A stretch of DNA of 45,084 nt from Gemmatimonadota bacterium. GTDB taxonomy: Bacteria; Gemmatimonadota; Gemmatimonadetes; Gemmatimonadales; GWC2-71-9. The notes beneath the pieces were generated by a model. The model did no database searches, had not been told where the DNA came from, and worked only from the letters and a program-made list of their open reading frames with translations. The stretch is taken from NCBI GenBank assembly GCA_003221005.1, contig QHTZ01000069.1, positions 1 through 45,084 of the forward strand, written 5' to 3'. The position numbers and the translations under genes were made by a program. The stretch's first letter is position 1, and each line of letters begins with the position of its first letter. Of this stretch, positions 8,308 to 16,823 are shown in pieces.

Positions 8308-9438
8308 ATGCGGACGACGGCGTCGTACGACTTGTTTCCGGACGCGCCGAGCGAGCGCGCCATCGCCCGCGCCCGCTGGCTCGCGCGCGAGGGGCGGATC
8401 GCCGACGCGGAGCAAGCGTACCGCGGCGTGCTCGCCACGCATCCCGATCTCAAGGCGGGCTGGGCAGAATGCTTCGAGCTGCTGCGGCTTCATCACCGCG
8501 CCGAGGACGCGCTGCGCCTCGCCGAGGGCGCGCTCGGCCACTTCGGGCTCACCGCCTTCCCCTTCACCCTCCAGGGCGCCGCGCTGATCGAGCTGGGACG
8601 CTATCGCGAAGCGTTCGCCGCGCTGGAGCAGGCGCTGGAGCGCGATCCCGACCTTGCCCTCGCCTGGCACGAGCTCGGGTACGCCGCGTATCGCATCGGC
8701 GACCCCAGTCGCGCGCTGCTGGCGCTCGACCGCGCGTTCGGACTGGAGCCGCACACGGAGACCCTGCGGCTGCGGGGCCGAATTCTCCGCGAGGGCGGCC
8801 GCTACCAGGCGGCGGAGGTGGCGTTCGAGGGCGCGGCGCAGGCGGCGGAGCACCGCGAGCAGCGCGAAGTGGCTGAGCACGAGATCCTCGCGACGCGGCG
8901 CTTCGCCTTCTACGCGCCGCGCCGGCCCGACGACCTGAGCGCCGCCGAGCGCTGGTTCGCCGAAACGGGGACCGTCGTGCTGGCGCCCGACGCGGGTCCG
9001 GTCCCGCCCAGTGACGATGCCCTGGTGCAGGCCTTCCTCGAGGTCTCCCACGACTCGGGGTGGCGCTTCGGGCAGGTGGTAGTCGCGGGTCCCGCGCTTC
9101 CGATCTGGAGCACGCTCGCCGAAGGATTGCGCGCCCCGCGTGTGGAATGGACGGCGCTCGATCCGGCGACCTGCCCGGTCGTCGTGGCGCCGCGCCCGCT
9201 GCCAGCGGATGCCGCCTGGCCCGTCCTCACTCGTGCGGTGGCGGAGCACGCTGCAGGTCTCGTCTTCGTGCTCGAGCACGCTGCGGACCCCTCGGCTGCG
9301 GTCGGCGCCGACGTGATCGGCGTGCTGGCTGACGGGGACGTGCGGCGCAGCCGCATGCCCAACACGGCCCACGCGCTCGCAGAGTCGCAGCATCCGGCGG
9401 TGCGCTACGCCGGCCGGCGGATGCGACCCGCCCCATGA
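8308..9438 (+). CDS. Tetratricopeptide repeat protein with an unknown C-terminal domain
   Basis: TPR patterns (GAALIELGRYREAFAALEQALERDPD; AWHELGYAAYRIGD). ATGA overlap with gdhA. Confidence 0.8.
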   Translation: MRTTASYDLFPDAPSERAIARARWLAREGRIADAEQAYRGVLATHPDLKAGWAECFELLRLHHRAEDALRLAEGALGHFGLTAFPFTLQGAALIELGRYREAFAALEQALERDPDLALAWHELGYAAYRIGDPSRALLALDRAFGLEPHTETLRLRGRILREGGRYQAAEVAFEGAAQAAEHREQREVAEHEILATRRFAFYAPRRPDDLSAAERWFAETGTVVLAPDAGPVPPSDDALVQAFLEVSHDSGWRFGQVVVAGPALPIWSTLAEGLRAPRVEWTALDPATCPVVVAPRPLPADAAWPVLTRAVAEHAAGLVFVLEHAADPSAAVGADVIGVLADGDVRRSRMPNTAHALAESQHPAVRYAGRRMRPAP

Positions 9439-10703
9439 CCGCCACCGCCCGTGCGCCGCGCGCGACGATGTCGGGAAAGTCCATCGCCGACAGCCAGTTC
9501 GACCGCGCCGCCAACCTGATCGACCTCGAGCCGTACATGCGTCGCATCCTGGGCTCTCCATTCCGGGAGGTCCAGGTCGAAGTGCCGGTGCGGATGGACG
9601 ACGGGCACATCGAGGTGTTCACCGGCTACCGCATCCAGCACAACGGCGCGCGGGGGCCGTGCAAGGGCGGCATCCGCTACCACCCCGACGCCGACCACGA
9701 CGAGGTGCTGGGCCTCGCGACGATCATGACGTGGAAGACCGCCCTGATGGACATCCCGTTCGGCGGGGCGAAGGGTGGCGTGACCGTGGATCCCAAGCGG
9801 CTCTCGAAGCTCGAGCTCGAGCGCCTCACCCGTCGCTTCACGCAGCGCATCTCCATCATGCTGGGACCGTACCGCGACGTCCCCGCGCCGGACGTCAATA
9901 CCAACGCGCAGGTGATGGCGTGGATCCTGGACGAGTACTCGAGCCGGCACGGCTACACGCCCGCCGCGGTCACCGGCAAGCCGGTCTCGCTGGGTGGGTC
10001 GCTGGGCCGGGAGGAAGCGACGGGACGTGGTGTGATGTACGTGATGATGGAATACGCACGGGACTTCGGGCTGCCGCTCCAGGGCAGCCGGGTGGTGATC
10101 CAGGGCTTCGGGAACGTGGGCGGCCACCTGGCGCGGCTGGTCGCCGCCGAGGCGGGCGCCAAGGTAATCGCCGTCTCCGACGTGGACGGCGGCGTCGTGA
10201 ACGAGAAGGGGCTCGACGTCCCCGCCCTGCTCGCCCACACCGCCGGCCGCGGCCGCGTATCCGAATGGAAGGGCGGCACCGCTATCACGAACGAGCAGCT
10301 GTGGACGCTCCCCTGCGACTGGCTCGTCCCCGCCGCGCTGGGCGGCGTGATCACCAAGGAGCACAACGCACGCACGCTCGCCTGCAAGGTCGTGGTGGAG
10401 GGCGCCAACGAGCCGACGACGCCCACCGCCGACCTGATCCTGGAAGAGCGCGGGATCCCCGTGATCCCGGACTTTCTGGCGAACGCGGGCGGCGTGACGG
10501 TGAGCTACTATGAGTGGGCCCAGAACCTCCAGCAGTACCGCTGGACCCACGAACAGGTGAACCGCGAGCTGAAGGCGACGATCACCAAGGGCTACGTCGC
10601 GGTGCGCGATCTCGCCAAGCAGCGAGGCGTGACATTCCGGACAGCGGCGTACGCGATCGCATTACAACGGGTCGCGGAGGCGGAGAGGCTTCGGGGCAAT
10701 TAG
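9435..10703 (+). CDS. gdhA: Glu/Leu/Phe/Val dehydrogenase, most likely glutamate dehydrogenase
   Basis: Motifs GPCKGGIRY, PFGGAKGG, DVPAPD, VTGKP, ATGRG, QGFGNVG, EGAN, NAGGVTVSYYEW. Confidence 0.9.
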   Translation: MTATARAPRATMSGKSIADSQFDRAANLIDLEPYMRRILGSPFREVQVEVPVRMDDGHIEVFTGYRIQHNGARGPCKGGIRYHPDADHDEVLGLATIMTWKTALMDIPFGGAKGGVTVDPKRLSKLELERLTRRFTQRISIMLGPYRDVPAPDVNTNAQVMAWILDEYSSRHGYTPAAVTGKPVSLGGSLGREEATGRGVMYVMMEYARDFGLPLQGSRVVIQGFGNVGGHLARLVAAEAGAKVIAVSDVDGGVVNEKGLDVPALLAHTAGRGRVSEWKGGTAITNEQLWTLPCDWLVPAALGGVITKEHNARTLACKVVVEGANEPTTPTADLILEERGIPVIPDFLANAGGVTVSYYEWAQNLQQYRWTHEQVNRELKATITKGYVAVRDLAKQRGVTFRTAAYAIALQRVAEAERLRGN

Positions 10704-10758
10704 GCGGTCGGGTAAGGCGGCGGACGGAGGAGACGGCGGTCGAAAACGGCGGCGGTCA
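10703..10758 (+). repeat. Left arm: 16-bp-period GGCGGTC array flanking the four-helix-bundle gene
   Basis: GGCGGTCGGGTAAGGC GGCGGACGGAGGAGAC GGCGGTCGAAAACGGC GGCGGTCA. Confidence 0.85.
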
Positions 10759-11139
10759 TGCGAGCGAATCGTCAACGGACGCGCGTCCACCCTTGACGGC
10801 ATCGTAGAGACGCCACGTCAGCCGGCTGGCGTGAATCCGTAGCGGATTGAGCTCCACCCACTGCTCCTCCGATAGCAACTCGAGCTTCCGGCACAGCTGC
10901 AGAGTGTAGGACAGTTCGGACAGCGAGCCGATCGCGATGTCTAAGTAGCGCCGGAACTCACGGCGGCCATGCTTTGCGGATCCTTCCGCGATGTTGGCCG
11001 CCGCGCTGAACGCGGCCCGCCGCGCCTGCGACGTCAGTCCATAAAGCTCGGTGCGAGGAAAGCGCTCGGTGGCCCGATAGACCGCGACTACGAGAGCGTC
11101 GCAAGCATGCCACGCCCGAAATCGTTCGTACGGCTGCAT
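10756..11139 (-). CDS. Four-helix-bundle protein (23S rRNA intervening-sequence protein / TIGR02436-like family)
   Basis: 127 aa from ATG 11139: MQPYERFRAW...FPRTELYGLTSQARRAAFSAAANIAEG...EFRRYLDIAIGSLSEL, matching the family signature FPxxExYGLxSQxRRAxxSxxxNIAEG. Confidence 0.92.
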   Translation of the reverse strand: MQPYERFRAWHACDALVVAVYRATERFPRTELYGLTSQARRAAFSAAANIAEGSAKHGRREFRRYLDIAIGSLSELSYTLQLCRKLELLSEEQWVELNPLRIHASRLTWRLYDAVKGGRASVDDSLA

Positions 11140-11203
11140 AAGCGGGACATTGTGTCGGGCGCCGAGCGTGAACGGTATCGGATTCGTGCGTAGCGTACCA
11201 CCC

Positions 11204-11282
11204 GACCGCCTGACCGCCGCACTACTCGTCCGCCGCTTGAACTCACCGCCGTCGTTCCCGACCGCCGCCTCATCCGACCGCC
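11204..11282 (-). repeat. Right arm: inverted GACCGCC array flanking the four-helix-bundle gene
   Basis: GACCGCC-like cores at 11204, 11212, 11228, 11244, 11260 and 11276. The reverse complement of 11245-11282 matches 10703-10740 at 31 of 38 positions (counted by hand). Confidence 0.85.
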
Positions 11283-11287
11283 GTCTC

Positions 11288-12394
11288 TCATGGCGGCATA
11301 CCCGGCCGCGAATACAGCGCGCGATACGGATCCTCATCCGGCTGCGTGAACAGACGCACCTCGATCGCCCGGATGGTCTCCGCAATGTCGGCGCCGTTCT
11401 GCACGTAGACCTCGTCGAACAAGTTGAGGTTCATCCGGTAGAGCCGTTGCGCGATGACGACCGCGTTGTTGAGCGAGGCCTGAGCGAACCAGCGCCAGTC
11501 GTACGTCTCGAGCGACTGGCCCACCACGCCCGTCAGCTGGGCCCGCGCCCACCCGAACAGCGTGGCGCGCGCCCGCTCGAGCGCCGCCCCCGTGAGATCG
11601 CCCGCGTACGCGGAATCGAGCCGGCGCGCGAGCTCGGCATAGAACACGTCGAGGGTGCGCTCGTCGCGCCAGCGCGCCGCCGCCCGCTTGGCGTCCGCCG
11701 AGTCGCCGCGCGAGCGGAAGAATGCCGCGGCGCCATGGTAGCCCACGAAGCTCGCGAAGCTCTCGTTGAACGGCGTCTGGCTCTTCACGTACAGCGTGTT
11801 GTGCGTCAGCTCGTGGATAACGGTGGCGACGAGCTCCATCGTGTCCCGCGTCAGGGCTGTGGACAGCAACGGGTCGCTGAAGTAGCCGAGCGTCGAGAAC
11901 GCGGGGGCGGGCCGGAGATAGGTGTCGTATCCCTGGCGCTCGAGGTCGGCCGCGGTCGCGCGCGCCCGCGCGAAGTCGAAGAACCCCTTGTACGGCACCA
12001 CCCCGACGATCGGGTAGCTCCAGGTGTACTCGCGGAGCCGGTCGCGCCGGCTCGCCTGGAGCACCAGCACGAGCGTGTCCCGCCCCACGTCTGCATACGT
12101 CGTGTAGGTGTCGCCCGCCGAGAGGTGCAGCGAGTCCGCCGCATAGGCCCGGGCCGCGAGCACCAGCGCGAGGCGCTGCCGCAGCGGGGCGGGCGTTCGA
12201 GCGTCCGCCACGAGCTTCCGAATCGGATGCCGCTTGAGGAGGATCCGCGCCTCCTCGCACGCGGCGCGGGCGAGGTAGCGCACCTCGGCGCTCACGAGTA
12301 ACGCGAGGACTAGGACGGTCGGCACGCCCACCAGCACCCAGGCTGCGAGTCGACGCGCCACCCGCCCCCAGTTCGGGGGCCGGCGCTCCCTCAC
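11288..12394 (-). CDS. Putative zinc aminopeptidase, membrane-anchored or secreted
   Basis: GTG start overlapping the upstream stop (GTGA); N-terminal TM; WSYPIVGVVPYKGFF, AFSTLGYFSDP, HELTH followed by FNESFA (HExxH...E). Confidence 0.85.
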   Translation of the reverse strand: MRERRPPNWGRVARRLAAWVLVGVPTVLVLALLVSAEVRYLARAACEEARILLKRHPIRKLVADARTPAPLRQRLALVLAARAYAADSLHLSAGDTYTTYADVGRDTLVLVLQASRRDRLREYTWSYPIVGVVPYKGFFDFARARATAADLERQGYDTYLRPAPAFSTLGYFSDPLLSTALTRDTMELVATVIHELTHNTLYVKSQTPFNESFASFVGYHGAAAFFRSRGDSADAKRAAARWRDERTLDVFYAELARRLDSAYAGDLTGAALERARATLFGWARAQLTGVVGQSLETYDWRWFAQASLNNAVVIAQRLYRMNLNLFDEVYVQNGADIAETIRAIEVRLFTQPDEDPYRALYSRPGMPP

Positions 12395-13296
12395 GGGGTC
12401 CATCGCACCCCGAAGCGGTGCCGGGCCCCGGCCGGCTGATCGAACGACTGATAGGCGTAATCGAGGTGCAGCCGCCCGAGCTCGAGGCCCGCGCCAAGCG
12501 TGACGGGCGAGCCGTTCCCGGGCTGCGCACCGCTCCCGCCCCCAGTCGCGCCCACGCGCCCGACGATGCCCACGCCGCGCGCGACCACGCCGCCCTCCGC
12601 GCCCGCCACGAAGCGCGCATGCTGGCCGGCCGCCCCGCTCACGGGCCACTGGCCCTCGAACGTCGTGAGGAATCGCGCCGTGCCCTGGGGATCGACGTAG
12701 TTCATGGTGAACCCGACGCGCGCGCGCCGGGCGAGATGCGCACCGCCCCCGAAGTCGCCCCCGAGATTCTGCACGCTCGCCCCGAAAGCCATGATGTCGA
12801 ATACGGCGATCGCCACCCCCGCGTCGCCCGCCCAGGCGTCCACTGGCGCCCCGCTGATCGCTTCCCGTACGTACTTGAGCGACGTCCCGAGCGCGACGAG
12901 CCCGTGGCGGAACACGAGCGCCGTGAGTCCCAGCACGTCCGTGGGCTGGTACGTGGGCCCAGCGGGATAGTCGAGGGCCTGGGCCGCGACCCCCCAATCG
13001 AATCGCCCCACGCGCACCGCGAGGGCGGCCGACGAGAGCGTCGTCCCCGCGAGGTACGCCTCGTACGAGCCCTCCGCGGCGAAGCGGTGGATCGTAGCGA
13101 TCCCGGCGGGGTTCGTGAACACGGCGCCGGCGTCCCCGACGAGCGCAGCCCCGGCGCCGCCGAGAGACGCCGAGCGTGCCGATCCCGGGAGGTCCGCGAC
13201 GCCTTGGGCGGTCAGGCGGACGGGCGGTCCGGCAGTCAACAGGCCGACAACGGCTCCAACCGCCAGACCGCCTGACCGCCCGACCGCCGGCTTCAC
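12391..13296 (-). CDS. Outer-membrane beta-barrel, PorV/FadL-like
   Basis: N-terminal motif ARSASLGGAGAALVGDAGAVFTNPAGI; alternating beta-strands; C-terminal LDYAY...HRFGVRW. Confidence 0.7.
   Translation of the reverse strand: MKPAVGRSGGLAVGAVVGLLTAGPPVRLTAQGVADLPGSARSASLGGAGAALVGDAGAVFTNPAGIATIHRFAAEGSYEAYLAGTTLSSAALAVRVGRFDWGVAAQALDYPAGPTYQPTDVLGLTALVFRHGLVALGTSLKYVREAISGAPVDAWAGDAGVAIAVFDIMAFGASVQNLGGDFGGGAHLARRARVGFTMNYVDPQGTARFLTTFEGQWPVSGAAGQHARFVAGAEGGVVARGVGIVGRVGATGGGSGAQPGNGSPVTLGAGLELGRLHLDYAYQSFDQPAGARHRFGVRWTP
13207..13288. repeat. 8-bp-period inverted GGCGGTC/GACCGCC hairpin inside the signal-peptide coding region
   Basis: GGCGGTCA GGCGGACG GGCGGTCC GGCAGTCA, a loop, then AACCGCC A GACCGCC T GACCGCC C GACCGCC. 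Confidence 0.9.
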
Positions 13297-14948
13297 CTGA
13301 TCCGGATCACATTCAGCCGCGGCGCCGTCGTCTCCCGGAGCTGCGCGCCGCTGCTGTCACTGAACAGGATCTGGAACGCGCCTCCGCCCGGCGCCTGCAG
13401 CACGCGCTGGTACACTGCTCCGGTTCCGGCGCGGAGCGTGCCCGACACGCTCACGCTCGCCGGCGCTCCAGCAAGCGCCACGAGCGGGTAGGCGATGGAA
13501 CTGCCGCACCTGCCGCTCACCCTAGGGAACCCCGTACGAAAGGCCCACGACGTGTAGGTGAGGGCGGCGGGCGCGGCGAACCCTGGCAAGTCGGAGACCC
13601 ATTGGGCGAGCGCCCACCGGCTCACCACAGTCCCGAAGAGGTCGTTCGTCTGCGCCGCCACGTTAGTCGCGCCCGTCAGCGACGTGTTGTCGAGCTTGCG
13701 GGTGAAGGCGTCCTGCCCGGCGAGTCCGGCTCCTTGCGGGTACTGATCGGCCAGGTACCGCACGAACAGCCATCCCGCTCCTCGCTCCGCCAGCCCGCCG
13801 ATCCCCGACGTATCCACCAGGGGATGGCTCGCTAGGTCCCCCCAGTAACCCACCGCGTTGGAGATGTCGCTCCGCACGTAGCGGCAGAACGCCACAGTGT
13901 CCGGGAGGAAGGCTCGCCCCCCGCGCTCCTCGGCGTAGTGGGACAGTCCCTCGTTCAACCACAACTCCTCCGCCTCTTTTCCACGCACCAGCACGTGCTG
14001 AACGTAGCTGATCATGTGCTGGAACTCGTGCGCGAACGTGGTGGGGACGAGCTGCTTGACCTGGGCGACCGTATGGGCGCAGCTCAGCGTGGCGAGCGGG
14101 TCGGGCACGATCGCGTAGAAGATCTCCGCGTTATTGAACAGCCTCCGGTACAGCGGGTCGACGTCCCCGCCAAAGAAGAAGCCGGCGACGTAGGTCGCGC
14201 ACGGATTGCCGACCATCTTGTTGACGGTGTTGGTGAGCAGCACGATCACCACACCGTTGCCGTCGATGTCCGATTCGCGGCCGAAGGCCGCCGTGTCGGT
14301 GGGATAGAGCACGCTGTCGAACACACTGCGCAGGGTGTCGAGGTCGAACGCCGACAGACCCGGCTGGGGCGCGGCCGTGTCGATGAAGATCGCGATGTGC
14401 TGTCCCACCTTCCGCGCGACGGCCGTGATGGTGTCGAGTGAGAGGCCGGTAAGCGTATTCAGTACCTTGAACCGGCCCCTATCCCCCACCGTGATCGTCG
14501 CCGATGGACGTGGCGGCACAGGTGTCGTGGGGGGTACCGGGGCGGGCGCGCCCGCGCTCCCGCCGTACGCGCGCGTCCGTTCGAGCTCGCGCAGCCGATC
14601 ATGAAACCGCTCGGCGGGCGAGCGTGGCGACGGCATGACCTGGGCGCCCACGGCCAGCGCGGGCGCGGCGGCGGCGGCGCTCCCCGCCAGCATGAAGCTG
14701 GTCGACAGGTCGGGACTCCCGGTCGTGGCCTGCGGCACGAGGAGGTACTCGGCCGTGTCCGGCGAGCTATTCGCGGGAAAGACGACGCAGCCGTCCACGG
14801 GTTGGAGCGCCGCGTATTTCCCCATCGCCAGGACCTGGAGTGGCGCGTTGCTGGGACAGAAGGCCGCCGGCGGGGCGTTCGGCTGGCTGCTGCACGCCGC
14901 CACGAGAAGCAGCGACCACCGCGCCACCCCCGCGCCGAACCCGCGCAA
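13293..14948 (-). CDS. Zinc metalloprotease lipoprotein (HEFQH...WLNEG; M30-like), paralog B
   Basis: Lipobox LVAAC; FGRESDIDGNG; AHEFQHMI; WLNEGLSHYAEE. Exact start uncertain. Confidence 0.8.
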   Translation of the reverse strand: MRGFGAGVARWSLLLVAACSSQPNAPPAAFCPSNAPLQVLAMGKYAALQPVDGCVVFPANSSPDTAEYLLVPQATTGSPDLSTSFMLAGSAAAAAPALAVGAQVMPSPRSPAERFHDRLRELERTRAYGGSAGAPAPVPPTTPVPPRPSATITVGDRGRFKVLNTLTGLSLDTITAVARKVGQHIAIFIDTAAPQPGLSAFDLDTLRSVFDSVLYPTDTAAFGRESDIDGNGVVIVLLTNTVNKMVGNPCATYVAGFFFGGDVDPLYRRLFNNAEIFYAIVPDPLATLSCAHTVAQVKQLVPTTFAHEFQHMISYVQHVLVRGKEAEELWLNEGLSHYAEERGGRAFLPDTVAFCRYVRSDISNAVGYWGDLASHPLVDTSGIGGLAERGAGWLFVRYLADQYPQGAGLAGQDAFTRKLDNTSLTGATNVAAQTNDLFGTVVSRWALAQWVSDLPGFAAPAALTYTSWAFRTGFPRVSGRCGSSIAYPLVALAGAPASVSVSGTLRAGTGAVYQRVLQAPGGGAFQILFSDSSGAQLRETTAPRLNVIRIR

Positions 14949-14949
14949 C

Positions 14950-16638
14950 TCAGCGGATCCGCAGGACGTTCAGGCGTGGCACGACCGTTGCCTTCAGTAG
15001 CGCGCCGGTGGAGTCGCTGAACAGGACCGTGAACCCGGCCGCGCTGGGTCCCTGCAACGCGCGCTGGTACGCCGCACCGGAGCCCGTCCACATGACGCCT
15101 TTCACATTGATGCTCGGCCCCGCACTGCCAACTGCCACGAGCGGGAAGCTCGCGGGCAGCCTGGAGCTACAGGTGGCGTTCATCCGCGGGTACGCCGTGC
15201 GAAAGGCCCAGTGCTTGTACCGGAGGGCGGGGGGGGCCGTAAAGCCCGGAAGATCAGACACCCAGTTGGCGAGGGCCCATTCCTCCACTGTCTTCGCGAA
15301 CGCCTGCCCGGTCGCCTGCGTCACGTTCAGCGTGCCGGTCGACAGCGTCTGGTCGATCAGCCGCGTGAACGCAGCGGCTGCGGCGATCGTAGTGTCCGCC
15401 GCGAACCGGTCCACCAGGTAACGGACGAACAGCCAAGCATTCCCCCGCTCCGCCAGTCCACCGATCCCGCCCGTGTCGACAAGAGCGTGTAACCCCGGGT
15501 TCCCCCAGTACAATGCCGCGTTGTACAGATCTCCCAGGACGTGGCTGCAGAAGCGCACGCTGTCCAAGCCCCCCGTCCCCGCGAGGATCGCCCGCCCGCC
15601 AAGCTCCTCGGCGTAATGCGACATCCCCTCATTGAGCCACAGCGCTTCAGCCCGACCGCCCCGCAACAGCACGTGCTGGTTGTAGCTGATCATGTGCTGA
15701 AACTCGTGCACGAACGTCACCGGGACGACCCGCTTGATCTGGGAGTTGGGATGCGAGCAGCTCAGCGTGGCGCCCGAGTCCGCGATCATCGAGTAAAAGA
15801 GCTCTCCGTTGTTCCACATGGACGCGACGCTTGGGTCGATATCCGCCCCGAAGAAGAACCCCCCGATGTAGCCGGTCGCCAGGCAGTCCGACGCGCTCAC
15901 CAGCGTGTTGACCGCGTTGGTCATGAGCACGATCACGAGGCCGTTCCCGTCGATGTCCGATTCGCGTCCGAACGCGGTCGTGTCCGTGGCGTACAGCAGG
16001 GTGTCGAACACCGAGCGCAGCGTGTCGAGATCCTGCGTCGACAAGCCGTTCGGAGGCGCCGCGGCGTCCACGTAGATCGCAACGTGCTGCCCGACACTCC
16101 GGGCGATCGCCGTGACGTTGGTAGGGGGCAAGGCGTAGTTGGTGAGGCTCGACAGGACCTTGAACACCCGCTGGTTCCCAACAGTGTCTGGGCCAGACGT
16201 GAGCGCCGCCTGGGCACGCGCCCGGGGGGCGCCGGAGACGCCCGGATACGCTCGCGTCCGCTCCATCAGACGCAGCAGATTGTGGAACTGCTCGGCCGGC
16301 GACAACGGGGCGCCCTGGAGCAGCGCGGCGACCGGAGGTGCGGCCGTGAGGGGCTGGCCACCCGCCAGCTTGAAGCTCGACCTAAAGTTGGGAGCCTCGG
16401 CAGTCACCTGTGGCACCAGGAGGTACTCCGCCGAGTCCGTGGTGGACGCGTTCGCGGGGAAGCTCACGCACCCTGCCGTTGGCCCGGGGTCGATCGCCGT
16501 CGGTTGTCCCACGCTTAGCAAGAGCGCCGACACTCCGGAACGGCAGGCGGCCAGCTCCGGAGCGATCGGTGAACCCGCGCAGGCCGCTGCCAGCGCCGCC
16601 GCCCAGAGCCCGGCTGGTAACGCGTTCTTCCCCACCAT
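14950..16638 (-). CDS. Zinc metalloprotease lipoprotein (HEFQH...WLNEG; M30-like), paralog A
   Basis: GGAGGGAG RBS; lipobox-like LAAAC; FGRESDIDGNG; VHEFQHMI; WLNEGMSHYAEE. Confidence 0.82.
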   Translation of the reverse strand: MVGKNALPAGLWAAALAAACAGSPIAPELAACRSGVSALLLSVGQPTAIDPGPTAGCVSFPANASTTDSAEYLLVPQVTAEAPNFRSSFKLAGGQPLTAAPPVAALLQGAPLSPAEQFHNLLRLMERTRAYPGVSGAPRARAQAALTSGPDTVGNQRVFKVLSSLTNYALPPTNVTAIARSVGQHVAIYVDAAAPPNGLSTQDLDTLRSVFDTLLYATDTTAFGRESDIDGNGLVIVLMTNAVNTLVSASDCLATGYIGGFFFGADIDPSVASMWNNGELFYSMIADSGATLSCSHPNSQIKRVVPVTFVHEFQHMISYNQHVLLRGGRAEALWLNEGMSHYAEELGGRAILAGTGGLDSVRFCSHVLGDLYNAALYWGNPGLHALVDTGGIGGLAERGNAWLFVRYLVDRFAADTTIAAAAAFTRLIDQTLSTGTLNVTQATGQAFAKTVEEWALANWVSDLPGFTAPPALRYKHWAFRTAYPRMNATCSSRLPASFPLVAVGSAGPSINVKGVMWTGSGAAYQRALQGPSAAGFTVLFSDSTGALLKATVVPRLNVLRIR

Positions 16639-16823
16639 GCGACTCCCTCCTTGAGGTCATCTTGACCTGCCTAGCCGAGCCGGACGGCCCGGCCTGCCCA
16701 CTTGCCAAGCGCCTCGGCGTGTGGCCTAGGCGTTCGCCGGGAAGACCACGCGCCCTTGCGTGGGGACCGGATTGACTGCGGCATACTGCCCCACCCTGAA
16801 GCACGAGCAGGTAATACACGGGA

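Noticed and set aside
9405-10550. 381-aa antisense ORF over gdhA
   Set aside because: A codon-bias shadow of a well-supported gene.
10756-11139. Four-helix-bundle gene as part of a DGR or an rRNA IVS
   Set aside because: No reverse transcriptase, no TR/VR pair and no rRNA sequence in the window.
11140-11385. 82-aa N-terminal extension of the four-helix-bundle ORF
   Set aside because: It runs through the repeat arm and overlaps the aminopeptidase; family similarity starts at MQPYERF.
16650-16823. Possible SRP RNA, 6S RNA or known riboswitch
   Set aside because: No SRP domain IV or known aptamer consensus could be identified; kept only as a low-interest structured leader.
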